Origin: Macrostomum hystrix
Taxonomy: Eukaryota > Animalia > Platyhelminthes
Direction: 5' to 3'
NCBI GenBank assembly: GCA_950097015.1
Contig: CATNEN010000039.1
Span: 1,116,001-1,180,000 of the forward strand
Length of the DNA: 64,000 bases
The translations under genes were made by a program, and so were the position numbers. Shown one piece after another: positions 13,701 to 24,832 of the stretch; position 1 is the first letter of the stretch; every line of letters begins with the position of its first letter. Below the pieces are notes generated by a model, which saw only the letters and a program-made list of their open reading frames with translations, made no database searches and had not been told where the DNA came from.

Positions 13701-14033
13701 TGAGGTCCGATAGAAGGCCAGCAGGGCGCCCGTCAGGGCCATTCCGCCAGGCACCTGGAAGGACATCCGGCCGGCCACATTCTGCAGCTCGCCGGAGTCC
13801 GGGTGGTAGGCGCTCTCGAACAGCTGTTTGGCCCGCAGCAGCTCAAGCAGCGGCACGGTGCGCGGGTCCAGTTCTCCGGAGCGGCAGGCCAGCATCAAGC
13901 GGCGGCTGGACTCCAGCTGGGCGCGGCTGGCGAACACCGAGCGGGGATCCGTCAGCCAGGCGAAGTGGCGCAGCCGGCCCCAGAAAGTGCCCTGATCCCA
14001 CAGCGGCTTGGTGACATCAGTGACAGAGTGCAT
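10731..14033 (-). CDS. SFXN2: Sideroflexin-2, mitochondrial inner-membrane transporter (325 aa)
   Basis: Exons 14033-13695, 12991-12680, 12605-12539, 11442-11340, 11267-11220, 10839-10731, all phase-consistent. Motifs [58 protein letters not shown] and C-terminal YFNKGL*. Confidence 0.95.
11581..12406. repeat. Intronic minisatellite, 21-bp unit GTACTGTTGAGGGTAGGTTCA
   Basis: Inside SFXN2 intron 11443-12538. Confidence 0.95.
12963..13624. repeat. 47-bp tandem repeat made of the SFXN2 intron1/exon2 junction
   Basis: Minus-strand unit CAGGTGATGCACTCCAG|STGGTGTTCTGGCAGTGGGTGAACCAGTCT, 14 copies; the last copy in transcript order is the real acceptor and exon start. Confidence 0.95.
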
Positions 14034-14097
14034 GAGTCTGATTGGGACTGACTGCGAAAGCTGTGGGAGCGGGAACAGATCGACTCTGGCTGCGGAT

Positions 14098-14502
14098 CCT
14101 GCTACGGTTCCTGCTACGGTTCTAGATACGATTCCTGCTACGCTTCTATTATAGATACGGTTCTAGATACGGTTCTAGATACGGTTCTAGATACGGTTCC
14201 TGCTACGGTTCTAGATACGGTTCTAGATACGGTTCCTGCTACGGTTCTAGATACGGTTCTAGATACGGTTCCTGCTACGGTTCTAGATACGGTTCTAGAT
14301 ACGGTTCCTGCTACGGTTCTAGATACGGTTCCTGCTACGGTTCTAGATACGGTGCCTGCTACGGTTCTAGATACGGTTCTAGATACGGTTCTAGATACGG
14401 TTCCTGCTACGGTTCTAGATACGATTCCTGCTACGGTTCTAGATACGGTTCCTGCTACGGTTCTAGATACGGTTCCTGCTACGGTTCTAGATGCGGTTCC
14501 TG
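14098..14502. repeat. Minisatellite, 12-bp units TACGGTTCTAGA / TACGGTTCCTGC
   Basis: Two interspersed variants immediately upstream of SFXN2. Confidence 0.93.
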
Positions 14503-14869
14503 CCTTGACTGCTTTGATTTTAGCAAGTCTTTAAGATAATTAAAAACACAAGAAAATTAAAATACGACAAGTTTTTCTGCAAAACAAGTTAAGCAAGTCC
14601 AGCATTTATTCACACTGTACTGAAATGCTATCACTAACAATTTGAAACTATAGAACTATAAAATAGAACTCATTGAACATGATTGCACAAGAAAGGCCGT
14701 GGGACTGCAACAAGCCACAAACTTCTAACGCATGATGTTATGATGTTAACGCATGATGTTATGATGTTAACGCAGGATGTTAACAGAAATTTTATGAAAA
14801 ATATGCCAATATGTTGGACAATGTACAGGATTTCTCAATTAGTTTCGTAGGGGACTAACTAATTGTAGC

Positions 14870-15410
14870 TTCTTAAAAATCGAATATAATTTAAGTTTCT
14901 AAGAAATCTACACATATTTCTAGTCTCTAAGAAATCGACAAAAATTATAGTTTCTAAGAAATCGACATAATTTTATTTTGTAAAAAATCTACATATATTT
15001 TTAGTTTCCAGGAAATCGACAAAAATTTAGATTTTAAGAAATCGATACATAATTTTAGTTTCCAAGGAATCGAAATAATTTTAGTTTCTAAGAAATCGAC
15101 ATTTATTTCTAGTTTCTAAGAAATCGACATATAATTTTTGTTTCTAAGAAATCGACATATAATTTTTGTTTCTAAGAAATGGACATATAATTGTTCTTTC
15201 TAAGAAATCGACATATAATTTTTGTTTCTAAGAAATGGACATATAATTTTTGTTTCTAAGAAATCGACATATAATTTTTGTTTCTAAGAAATCGACATAT
15301 AACTTCAGTACCTAGAAATCGAGATCTAATTTCAGTAACTAAGAAATAACATATAATTTTAGTTTCTAAGAAATCGACGCATAATTTCAGTTTTAGGGAA
15401 TCGGCATATA
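14870..15410. repeat. AT-rich diverged minisatellite, about 28-bp unit GTTTCTAAGAAATCGACATATAATTTTT
   Basis: Tandem copies degenerating at both edges. Confidence 0.85.
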
Positions 15411-15720
15411 ATACACAATTTCAACAAAATCGTGCTAGATCTATTATTATTTCTACGAAATCACCCTCAGCTTTGTTTTAAGGAAATCATTATAAATTCA
15501 GTCTGAGTTTTTACGAGATATACATATGTCTAGTGTAAGAGTTGTACTTCCTAATAAAATAATATTTAGAAGTGCTAGGTGATATCTAAGAAATAAGAGA
15601 CAAATCACTGCGAATTTCCAGGAAATCAAGCGACATTAGTATCCATGGTTTCTTAGAAAAACTGTAAGAACTTTAGCACCAACACAAAACACGTGGCCAA
15701 TAGAAATGGTGGAATTTCAG

Positions 15721-18700
15721 TTACAGAAGGGCTCCGAGAAGGCGCTCTCGCTGCAGCAGTTCAACAGTGACCCCTACGGGGCCACCCGATTCGCGGGCGC
15801 CCTCGACTGCCGCAGACGCTGACGCTCCGCTCAGCAGGGTGGCCACGGCCTGTCCACAGAAAGGCTGCGGCGTCTGCAGCTGCAGCACCCGGCCGAACCT
15901 GCCGAGCCACCGGCGCAGTCGATAATTCGACAGGCCAGCGGGCAAGTTGCTTAGCAACAGTTTGTTGTCATCGCTCAGGTGTTCGAGGCTTTCAGCGCAC
16001 ATGCAGCTGTCGGCCACCTGCACGCGCACACCGAGACGCTGCAGGCGGGCGGCCAGGTGGCGCGGAGTGGCGCCGCAGTGCGAGTCGACCATCACGTGAC
16101 ACACGCGCCTGCGCGAGTCCACTGCAACGTCCAGCAGGTCGTCGATAAAGTCGCGGCCGAGCAGCAGCCGGACAGCGTCGTGTCGGGTTCGGGCGGCGGC
16201 CGCGGGCAGGTTGTCCAATCGCAGCAGGGCGCGGCAGGACTCCGGCCGGGCGATCCGCAGCCGGCGGCCGTTGAATTCGAAGCTGCCAACTGTCCAAGCC
16301 GCTTCGGCGTTGCCGGCGAGATCGAAGGCGACCAGCCAGCAGCCGGCGGCGGTGTCCGAGTCCAGGCAGAGGACGCGACCGAATTCGGCGGACAGAGCAG
16401 CCAGCATCCGCGCCCTCAGGAGTGCGTCTGGAGCGATAGGAGACCAGCATCATGAATTCTGTGCGTCACTGCATCGCACTCGTGCGAGAGGCAGCCGCTC
16501 TCCCCCTTACCGCCAGCTGATTGGTCGCAATCCTCTTCCAGGCCACAAATTTCCTGGTCGACAAGTCTGGCCCAGGCGGCGGTTCGCGGCACGCCTGACT
16601 TGGGCAGCGTCACCAGGGCGTCGCAGTCTTCGCCGAGCACCGAGGCGGGCAGCCGCAGCAGTCGGCCAGCTAGACTATCGCTCGCCAGCGCGGCGTCGTT
16701 GCTGCCATCGGCGTCCAAGTCGAAAAAGAAGCATCGGCTTCTAGGAAGGTCGAGCGGCACCTTTCCGAGAAACAGGGAAGACATTATTTCTCAGAAACCG
16801 ACAGTGAGCCGTAGCCCTGATGAGCCCTGATGAATCTGGTCGCCAACTGGCCCAACCCGCACTAAGGTCCCTGAGCTCTATTCCGCGACGCAGGGCGCAG
16901 CCGCTGAGAGAAGGCTTGGGGCCTGGGCAGCCCAGACTCACCTTAAGTCGCAGCAGCCGGCCGCAGCCGAGCCCGCCCAGCCAATCAGCCAGCGCCGCCT
17001 GTGCAGCCGCCGACCGGACCGCCTTCTGGGCCGCCGCCGCCGATAGTCCGGGCAGCTCGGCGGCGAACTGCCGCGCAGTCGGAGGCAGCGAGTCCAGCGC
17101 CAGGAACACGGAGCAGGAGCCGCCTGCTAAGCTGAGCTGGGAGCCGGCGAGTTGCCGGTCTATGGAGAGCTTTGCGTTGCCGCTGCTGCCGGCCTCCGTT
17201 ACCGTGGCAACGGCTTCGTCTTTTGCGACGAGAAAGCAGCGCAAAACGCGGCAGCCGCGCCGGCGCAGGGCGTTGGCGATGTCTTCAGCCGCTGTTCTGG
17301 CTGGCAGATTCTTCAGCACGAGCTCAACGGCATTCGGGGGCATGGACGGCTTGCCCAGCTCCACGCTGACTTCCTGGACATTGTCCTGACGCTGGCTACT
17401 CGAATCGAGAACGTGGCAGCGCCGGCCGACAAGAGCCATCCCGGCGTCAGCCATTGCTGCTGGGAAAGCGACTTCCACCCGAGCGTCGGTGATGCGGCGC
17501 GTTGCTAGGCAACCTGAAGTCGGTGAGACGAGAAGCTGCTGTAGACAGCGGAGGGCCAGCTCTGGGGTGAGGCGGCCGCCACGGGGCACCGAGAGCAGCA
17601 GGCAGATCCCGCCTGGAGGCACGAACCCGTGAGACGATTCTAATGCGGCAGCTGAGGAGGGAGCGGAATCAGCTGGGGAGGGAGGGGTTTCAGCTGGGAA
17701 GGGAGCGGAATCAGCTGGGGAGGAAGCGGAATCAGTTGGGGAGGGAGTGGAATCAGCTGGGGAGGGAGCGCAATCAGCTGGGGAGGGAGCGGATTCAGCT
17801 GGGGAGGGAGCGGAATCCGCTGGGGGAGCGGAATCAGCTGGGGAGGGAGCGGAATCAGCTGGGGAGGGAGCGGTTTCAGCTGGGAAGGGAGCGGATTCAG
17901 CTGGGGAGGGAGCGGAATCAGCTGGGGAGGGAGCGGAATCCGCTGGGGGAGCGGAATCAGCTGGGGAGGGAGCGGAATCAGCTGGGGAGGCAGCGGGCAT
18001 CTCAGCCAGAGGGCTGAAGCGAATCGATTTTTTGTTATCAACACATCGAAGGGCCGTGAGTTCGACACCAGAAGACAAGCGAAATGTTCGCCCTGCGAGC
18101 TCTCGCAGCAGCCGCGGCCCTTCGGCCAGCCAGACATCGACGCCGCAGTCGGGAAAGGCGACGGACACCATGCGGCCGATGCGACCCCGACTAAAAAGCT
18201 CGTGCACCTGGCGCATTGTCACAGGCCGACGCCAGCCGGTGGAGCTGCAGACAAGCCGCAGGCGCCAGTCAAGATGCGGACAACGGCCGGGTGCCCACAG
18301 GACCGGGGCGGTCAGGCCCGGAGCCACCTCCAGGCTTCCGCCAAGAAGCTCGAGTGCCCGACAGTCTGGCTCGGACAGCAACCTCACAGCCACGGAGGAG
18401 TCGCGCCGCGCCGTGAGGCACTGAACGGCGCCGTCACCCTGGCCGAAGCGCTGGGCGAAGAAATCGCGCACCGATCGCTGCACCGACGAAGTCACCAAAG
18501 TTGGCAGCTCCGCAGCCAGCAGCGTCGGCGATGTTGACGGCAACTGTCGGGTCTCCCACAGTCGGTAGACCTGCAGCCGGTGCCGCCCGATCAGCAGGTC
18601 GCGCCCAACCAGCTGGCCGGCAGCAGCAGGTGGGCAGTCGAGGAGACGCGCCATGCAGGTGCTGCCGCTGGAGTTCAGGCCGACCCGGGCCAGGCTGGCG

Positions 18701-18813
18701 ACACTGGCAAAGCGGCTCAGGGCCCGGCGGACGGCCTCCAGCGAACAGCCGGCGGGCACGTCCCGCAGGACCAGGTCCAGGGAGGCTGCTGGCTGGGCGG
18801 AGCCTCCAGGCAT
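15721..18813 (-). CDS. Uncharacterised protein with several degenerate RRM-like domains (about 942 aa)
   Basis: Exons 18813-16942, 16760-16511, 16427-15721 join three track ORFs in phase through GT-AG introns. RNP2-like starts LVLRDVP, LVLKNLP, LRLDNLP, LLLSNLP, several followed by helix and 'F/GxV' segments. Confidence 0.7.
17650..17990 (-). repeat. In-frame 21-bp (some 18-bp) repeat encoding (SPADSAP)n linker
   Basis: Frame-preserving repeat inside the long first exon of the RRM-like gene. Confidence 0.8.
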
Positions 18814-18869
18814 GGGGACTCGAGGCTGCGGCAGACAATAAGGGAGTCAATTAAAAGCTAGGAGTGAAC

Positions 18870-20386
18870 CCATAGAACTCTGAGTGAGCACATTAGAACT
18901 CTGAGTGAGCACATTAGAATCTGAGTGAGCACATTAGAATCTGAGTGAGCACATTAGAACTCTGAGTGAGCCCATTAGAATCTGAGTGAGCACATTAGAA
19001 TCTGAGTGAGCCCATTAGAATCTGAGTGAGTCCATTAGAATCTGAGTGAGCCCATTAGAATCTGAGTGAGCATATTAGAATCTGAGTGAGCCCATTAGAA
19101 TCTGAGTGAGTCCATTAGAATCTGAGTGAGCCCATTAGAATCTGAGTGAGTCCATTAGAATCTGAGTGAGCCCATTAGAATCTGAGTGAGCATATTAGAA
19201 TCTGAGTGAGCACATTAGAATCTGAGTGAGTCCATTAGAATCTGAGTGAGCCCATTAGAATCTGAGTGAGCATATTAGAATCTGAGTGAGCACATTAGAA
19301 TCTGAGTGAGCCCATTAGAATCTGAGTGAGCCCATTATAATCTGAGTGAGTCCATTAGAATCTGAGTGAGCATATTAGAATCTGAGTGAGCACATTAGAA
19401 TCTGAGTGAGCACATTAGAATCTGAGTGAGCCCATTAGAATCTGAGTGAGCCCATTATTATCTGAGTGAGCACATTAGAATCTGAGTGAGCACATTATAA
19501 TCTGAGTGAGTCCATTAGAATCTGAGTGAGCATATTAGAATCTGAGTGAGCACATTAGAATCTGAGTGAGCCCATTAGAATCTGAGTGAGCCCATTATTA
19601 TCTGAGTGAGCACATTATAATCTGAGTGAGCACATTATAATCTGAGTGAGTCCATTAGAATCTGAGTGAGCCCATTAGAATCTGAGTGAGCACATTAGAA
19701 TCTGAGTGAGCACATTAGAATCTGAGTGAGCCCATTAGAATCTGAGTGAGCCCATTATTATCTGAGTGAGCACATTAGAATCTGAGTGAGCACATTATAA
19801 TCTGAGTGAGTCCATTAGAATCTGAGTGAGCATATTAGAATCTGAGTGAGCACATTAGAATCTGAGTGAGCACATTAGAATCTGAGTGAGCCCATTATTA
19901 TCTGAGTGAGCACATTAGAATCTGAGTGAGCACATTATAATCTGAGTGAGTCCATTAGAATCTGAGTGAGCATATTAGAATCTGAGTGAGCACATTAGAA
20001 TCTGAGTGAGCCCATTAGAATCTGAGTGAGCCCATTATTATCTGAGTGAGCACATTATAATCTGAGTGAGCACATTATAATCTGAGTGAGTCCATTAGAA
20101 TCTGAGTGAGCACATTAGAATCTGAGTGAGCCCATTAGAATCTGAGTGAGCCCATTATTATCTGAGTGAGCACATTAGAATCTAAGTGAGCACATTATAA
20201 TCTGAGTGAGTCCATTAGAATCTGAGTGAGCCCATTATTATCTGAGTGAGCACATTATAATCTGAGTGAGCACATTATAATCTGAGTGAGCCCATTGAAC
20301 TCTGAGTGAGCACATTAGAATCTGAGTGAGCACATTATAATCTGAGTGAGCCCATTGAACTCTGAGTGAGCACATTAGAATCTGAG
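18870..20386. repeat. Minisatellite, 20-bp unit TCTGAGTGAGCMCATTAGAA
   Basis: About 75 copies ending roughly 45 bp before the RRM-like gene acceptor. Confidence 0.97.
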
Positions 20387-20621
20387 CAAAGCTAATTCAA
20401 TTATAAGTGAAAAAACTAAACAAGCATTTGTCCTGAAAAACAGTAGAAGACAAACATTTAATTATGAAACATCACAGAAAGATCCAAATAGAGCATGAAG
20501 CAAGAACGCATTAGAATTTACAGTGAAATAAAGAAATGCACAGTGCATTGGCACACAGGCTCGGGTATTACAATAGAAGATTCGGGGCAAATGGCCTGCA
20601 ACTGAGCGGCACGCAGAAGTT

Positions 20622-22323
20622 CTACTCGAACACGAATATGAGATCCTCGTCTGTGCCATAGGCAGTGCGGGCGCTGTCAAACTGTCTGTAGGACAGGGTC
20701 TTGAACTCGGCCTGGCGGCTCATGGGGTCTCGGTAAATAACACTGGAGCTGTGCTGCACAAAGCCGCACACCAGGATGTAGTGGCCCTGGTAACTGCCAC
20801 CCGAACTGCAGACCGCGGACAGGCAGTCGCACCTCAGACAGGACTGCGCCGCGGTGGAGAGGGATGGATTGAGTTGTCATGGAAACTGAAGATGATGGCA
20901 TTGCATAAGACTATGTGGGATGAGATTTTTTGAGTTTGGATCAGATAACATCGGTTGAGATTCGATGAGATGGGATGGGATTTGATAAAATAATATTGGA
21001 TGGAATTGAGATTGGATGGGATGAGATTGGATGGGATGAGATTGGATGGGATGAGATTGGATGGGATGAGATTGGATGGGATGTGATAGGAAGGAATGAG
21101 ATTGGATGGGATGTGATTGGTAGGAATGAGATTAGAAGGAATGAGATTGGATGGGATGTGATTGGATGGGATGTGATTGGATGGGATGAGATTGGATGGG
21201 AAGAGATTGGATGGGATGAGATTGGATGGGAAGAGATTGGATGGGATGAGATTGGATGGGAAGAGATTGGGCGTGTTGGGATAATCGGAGTGGTGGCCAA
21301 AGCGCAGCTGCGCCACCAACCTGCAGGAGGGCGGCGCCAGTTTTTCCGGCGTCGATAAGGCAGACGACGGGCCCGGCGCCTGTGGCCAGGTGTTCTAGCA
21401 CAGAGCGTATGGGTAGGTGGCCCTGCTGCACAGCGGCGTCCGGGTGGTGCTCGCGGATCCAGGCCAGGTTGCGGGCGACCCGCTGCTGGTCTGAGCTGAA
21501 TTCGGCCCGGTAAAAGTCCTGGGTAGTGCAGGATTTCAGTCCGAGCTTAATGACTTCTTCTCCCACACCTGTCATCGCTCATTGTATCCACACCTTTAGC
21601 CGTCAAACATTCCCACACCTGTCAAGTGTTAAAGTATCCCAGACCTGTCAGCTGTCAAACTATCCCAGACCTGCCAGCTGTCAAATTATCCCAGACCTGC
21701 CAGCTGTCAAACTATCCCAGACCTGTCAGCTGTCAAACTATCCCAGACCTGCCAGCTGTCAAATTATCCCAGATCTGCCAGCTGTCAAACTATCCCAGAC
21801 CTGCCAGCTGTCAAATTATCCCAGATCTGCCAGCTGTCAAACTATCCCAGATCTGCCAGCTGTCAAATTATCCCAGACCTGTCAGCTGTCAAACTATCCC
21901 AGACCTGCCAGCTGTCAAATTATCCCAGATCTGCCAGCTGTCACACCCAGACCCGCCAAGGCTCACCAGGCTGGCATAGTGCGGGTTGGGCAGCAGGCGG
22001 CGGCTGAATAGGCGTGCCCGCAGGCCGCAGTGTAGCAGGAGGCGCAGCAGGTCGGGACTCCAAACGCTTTGGCCGAGGCCGCTAGCCAGCAGGGCGTCGG
22101 CAAGCATGGCTTCGGGCTGCGGCACCGAGAGTCCGCGCAGCAGCATGCGGGCACAGGCCAGGCCGCAATCCTGGCTGCCCTCCTGCGCCACGTGGGGATA
22201 GCGCTGCAGCAGCACGGCTCCCCGGCGCAGCAGCTCCTCCGCGCCTTCACTGTCGAAAGCTTCAAAGGAGCTGCTTGGAGCAATGACCGACTTGTCTGCC
22301 GGTTCGAAGACTGGAATTGACAT
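20622..22323 (-). CDS. GUCD1: Protein GUCD1 (Guanylate_cyc_2 / C39-peptidase-like fold; 258 aa)
   Basis: Exons 22323-21967, 21518-21321, 20843-20622. Motifs [71 protein letters not shown]. Confidence 0.9.
20965..21270. repeat. Intronic 15-bp repeat GAGATTGGATGGGAT
   Basis: In GUCD1 intron 20844-21320. Confidence 0.9.
21635..21955. repeat. Intronic 26-bp repeat CCCAGACCTGCCAGCTGTCAAAYTAT
   Basis: In GUCD1 intron 21519-21966. Confidence 0.92.
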
Positions 22324-22402
22324 GGAGAAATGCCAGGAACTGAAACGGTTGGGCGGCAACCAATTTTAGAAGTAGTAGAAGTACAATGGAACACACTCCA
22401 AT

Positions 22403-23935
22403 GGATTAGGTGGCAGGTGCTGATACTACAGCAGGATTAGGTGGCAGGTGCTGATACTACAGCAGGATTAGGTGGCAGGTGCTGATACTACAGCAGGATT
22501 AGGTGGATACTGCTGATACTACAGCAGGATTAGGTGGCAGGTGCTGATACTACAGCAGGATTAGGTGGGCAGGTGCTGATACTACAGCAGGATTAGGTGG
22601 ACTCCAATGGATTAGGTGGGCAGGTGCTGATACTACAGCAGGATTAGGTGGGCAGGTGCTGATACTACAGCAGGATTAGGTGGGCAGGTGCTGATACTAC
22701 AGCAGGATTAGGTGGCAGGTGCTGATACTACAGCAGGATTAGGTGCAGGTGCTGATACTACAGCAGGATTAGGTGGATACTGCTGATACTACAGCAGGAT
22801 TAGGTGGCAGGTGCTGATACTACAGCAGGATTAGGTGGCAGGTGCTGATACTACAGCAGGATTAGGTGGCAGGTGCTGATACTACAGCAGGATTAGGTGG
22901 CAGGTGCTGATACTACAGCAGGATTAGGTGGGCAGGTGCTGATACTACAGCAGGATTAGGTGGCAGGTGCTGATACTACAGCAGGATTAGGTGGCAGGTG
23001 CTGATACTACAGCAGGATTAGGTGGACTCCAATGGATTAGGTGGGCAGGTGCTGATACTACAGCAGGATTAGGTGGGCAGGTGCTGATACTACAGCAGGA
23101 TTAGGTGGCAGGTGCTGATACTACAGCAGGATTAGGTGGCAGGTGCTGATACTACAGCAGGATTAGGTGGCAGGTGCTGATACTACAGCAGGATTAGGTG
23201 GACTCCAATGGATTAGGTGGGCAGGTGCTGATACTACAGCAGAATTAGGTGGCAGGTGCTGATACTACAGCAGGATTAGGTGGCAGGTGCTGATACTACA
23301 GCAGGATTAGGTGCAGGTGCTGATACTACAGCAGGATTAGGTGGATACTGCTGATACTACAGCAGGATTAGGTGGCAGGTGCTGATACTACAGCAGGATT
23401 AGGTGGCAGGTGCTGATACTACAGCAGGATTAGGTGGATACTGCTGATACTACAGCAGGATTAGGTGGGCAGGTGCTGATACTACAGCAGGATTAGGTGG
23501 CAGGTGCTGATACTACAGCAGGATTAGGTGGCAGGTGCTGATACTACAGCAGGATTAGGTGGGCAGGTGCTGATACTACAGCAGGATTAGGTGGCAGGTG
23601 CTGATACTACAGCAGGATTAGGTGGGCAGGTGCTGATACTACAGCAGGATTAGGTGGCAGGTGCTGATACTACAGCAGGATTAGGTGGGCAGGTGCTGAT
23701 ACTACAGCAGGATTAGGTGGGCAGGTGCTGATACTACAGCAGGATTAGGTGGCAGGTGCTGATACTACAGCAGGATTAGGTGGGCAGGTGCTGATACTAC
23801 AGCAGGATTAGGTGGGCAGGTGCTGATACTACAGCAGGATTAGGTGGCAGGTGCTGATACTACAGCAGGATTAGGTGGCAGGTGCTGATACTACAGCAGG
23901 ATTAGGTGGCAGGTGCTGATACTACGGCAGGATTA
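22403..23935. repeat. Minisatellite, 31/32-bp unit GGATTAGGTGGCAGGTGCTGATACTACAGCA
   Basis: About 49 copies ending roughly 60 bp before the GUCD1 TTTCAG acceptor. Confidence 0.97.
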
Positions 23936-24244
23936 AAATGAATCAAAAGAAAGTTATTTTCTCTTAAAAATGAATGAAGTGTGAGCAGTGTACTCAGAGA
24001 AACAAGCGACATGAGTTGGCATTAGCCCGCAATGATCGGTCAGCAATAACTCTGACAGGCAGGTGTGCGTATAGTAGTGACCACAGCAGATAATTTAATC
24101 AGTGAGAGCAAATGCAGAAGACCTAAAAACTGCTAGCGAAATTACGACTAAAATTGTAAAAATTGGTGATGTCGATACAAGCGCTCAAATTGTACAGAAA
24201 TTCATAGACATAATAATTCATAATTCATAATAAATCTATGAATA

Positions 24245-24826
24245 AGGTCAGCTACCCAAATCAGCTTCAGGCCTAGGGTCAGCTACCCAAATCAGCTTCA
24301 GGCCTAGGGTTAGCTACCCAAATCAACTTCAGGCATAGGGTTAGCTACCCAAATCAGCTTCAGGCATAGGGTTAGCTACCCAAATCAGCTTCAGGCATAG
24401 GGTTAGCTACCCAAATCAGCTTCAGGCCTAGGGTTAGCTACCCAAATAAGCTTCAGGCATAGGGTTAGCTACCCAAATCAGCTTCAGGCATAGGGTTAGC
24501 TACCCAAATCAGCTTCAGGCATAGGGTTAGCTACCCAAATCAGCTTCAGGCCTAGGGTTAGCTACCCAAATCAGCTTCAGGCATAGGGTTAGCTACCCAA
24601 ATCAGCTTCAGGCATAGGGTTAGCTACCCAAATCAGCTTCAGGCATAGGGTTAGCTACCCAAATCAGCTTCAGGCCTAGGGTTAGCTACCCAAATCAGCT
24701 TCAGGCATAGGGTTAGCTACCCAAATCAGCTTCAGGCATAGGGTTAGCTACCCAAATCAGCTTTAGGCCTAGGGTTAGCTACCCAAATCAGCTTCAGGCC
24801 TAGGGTTAGCTACCCAAATCAGCTTC
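24245..24826. repeat. Minisatellite, 31-bp unit AGGGTTAGCTACCCAAATCAGCTTCAGGCMT
   Basis: About 19 copies starting a few bp after the GATB stop codon. Confidence 0.95.
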
Positions 24827-24832
24827 TGGTGG

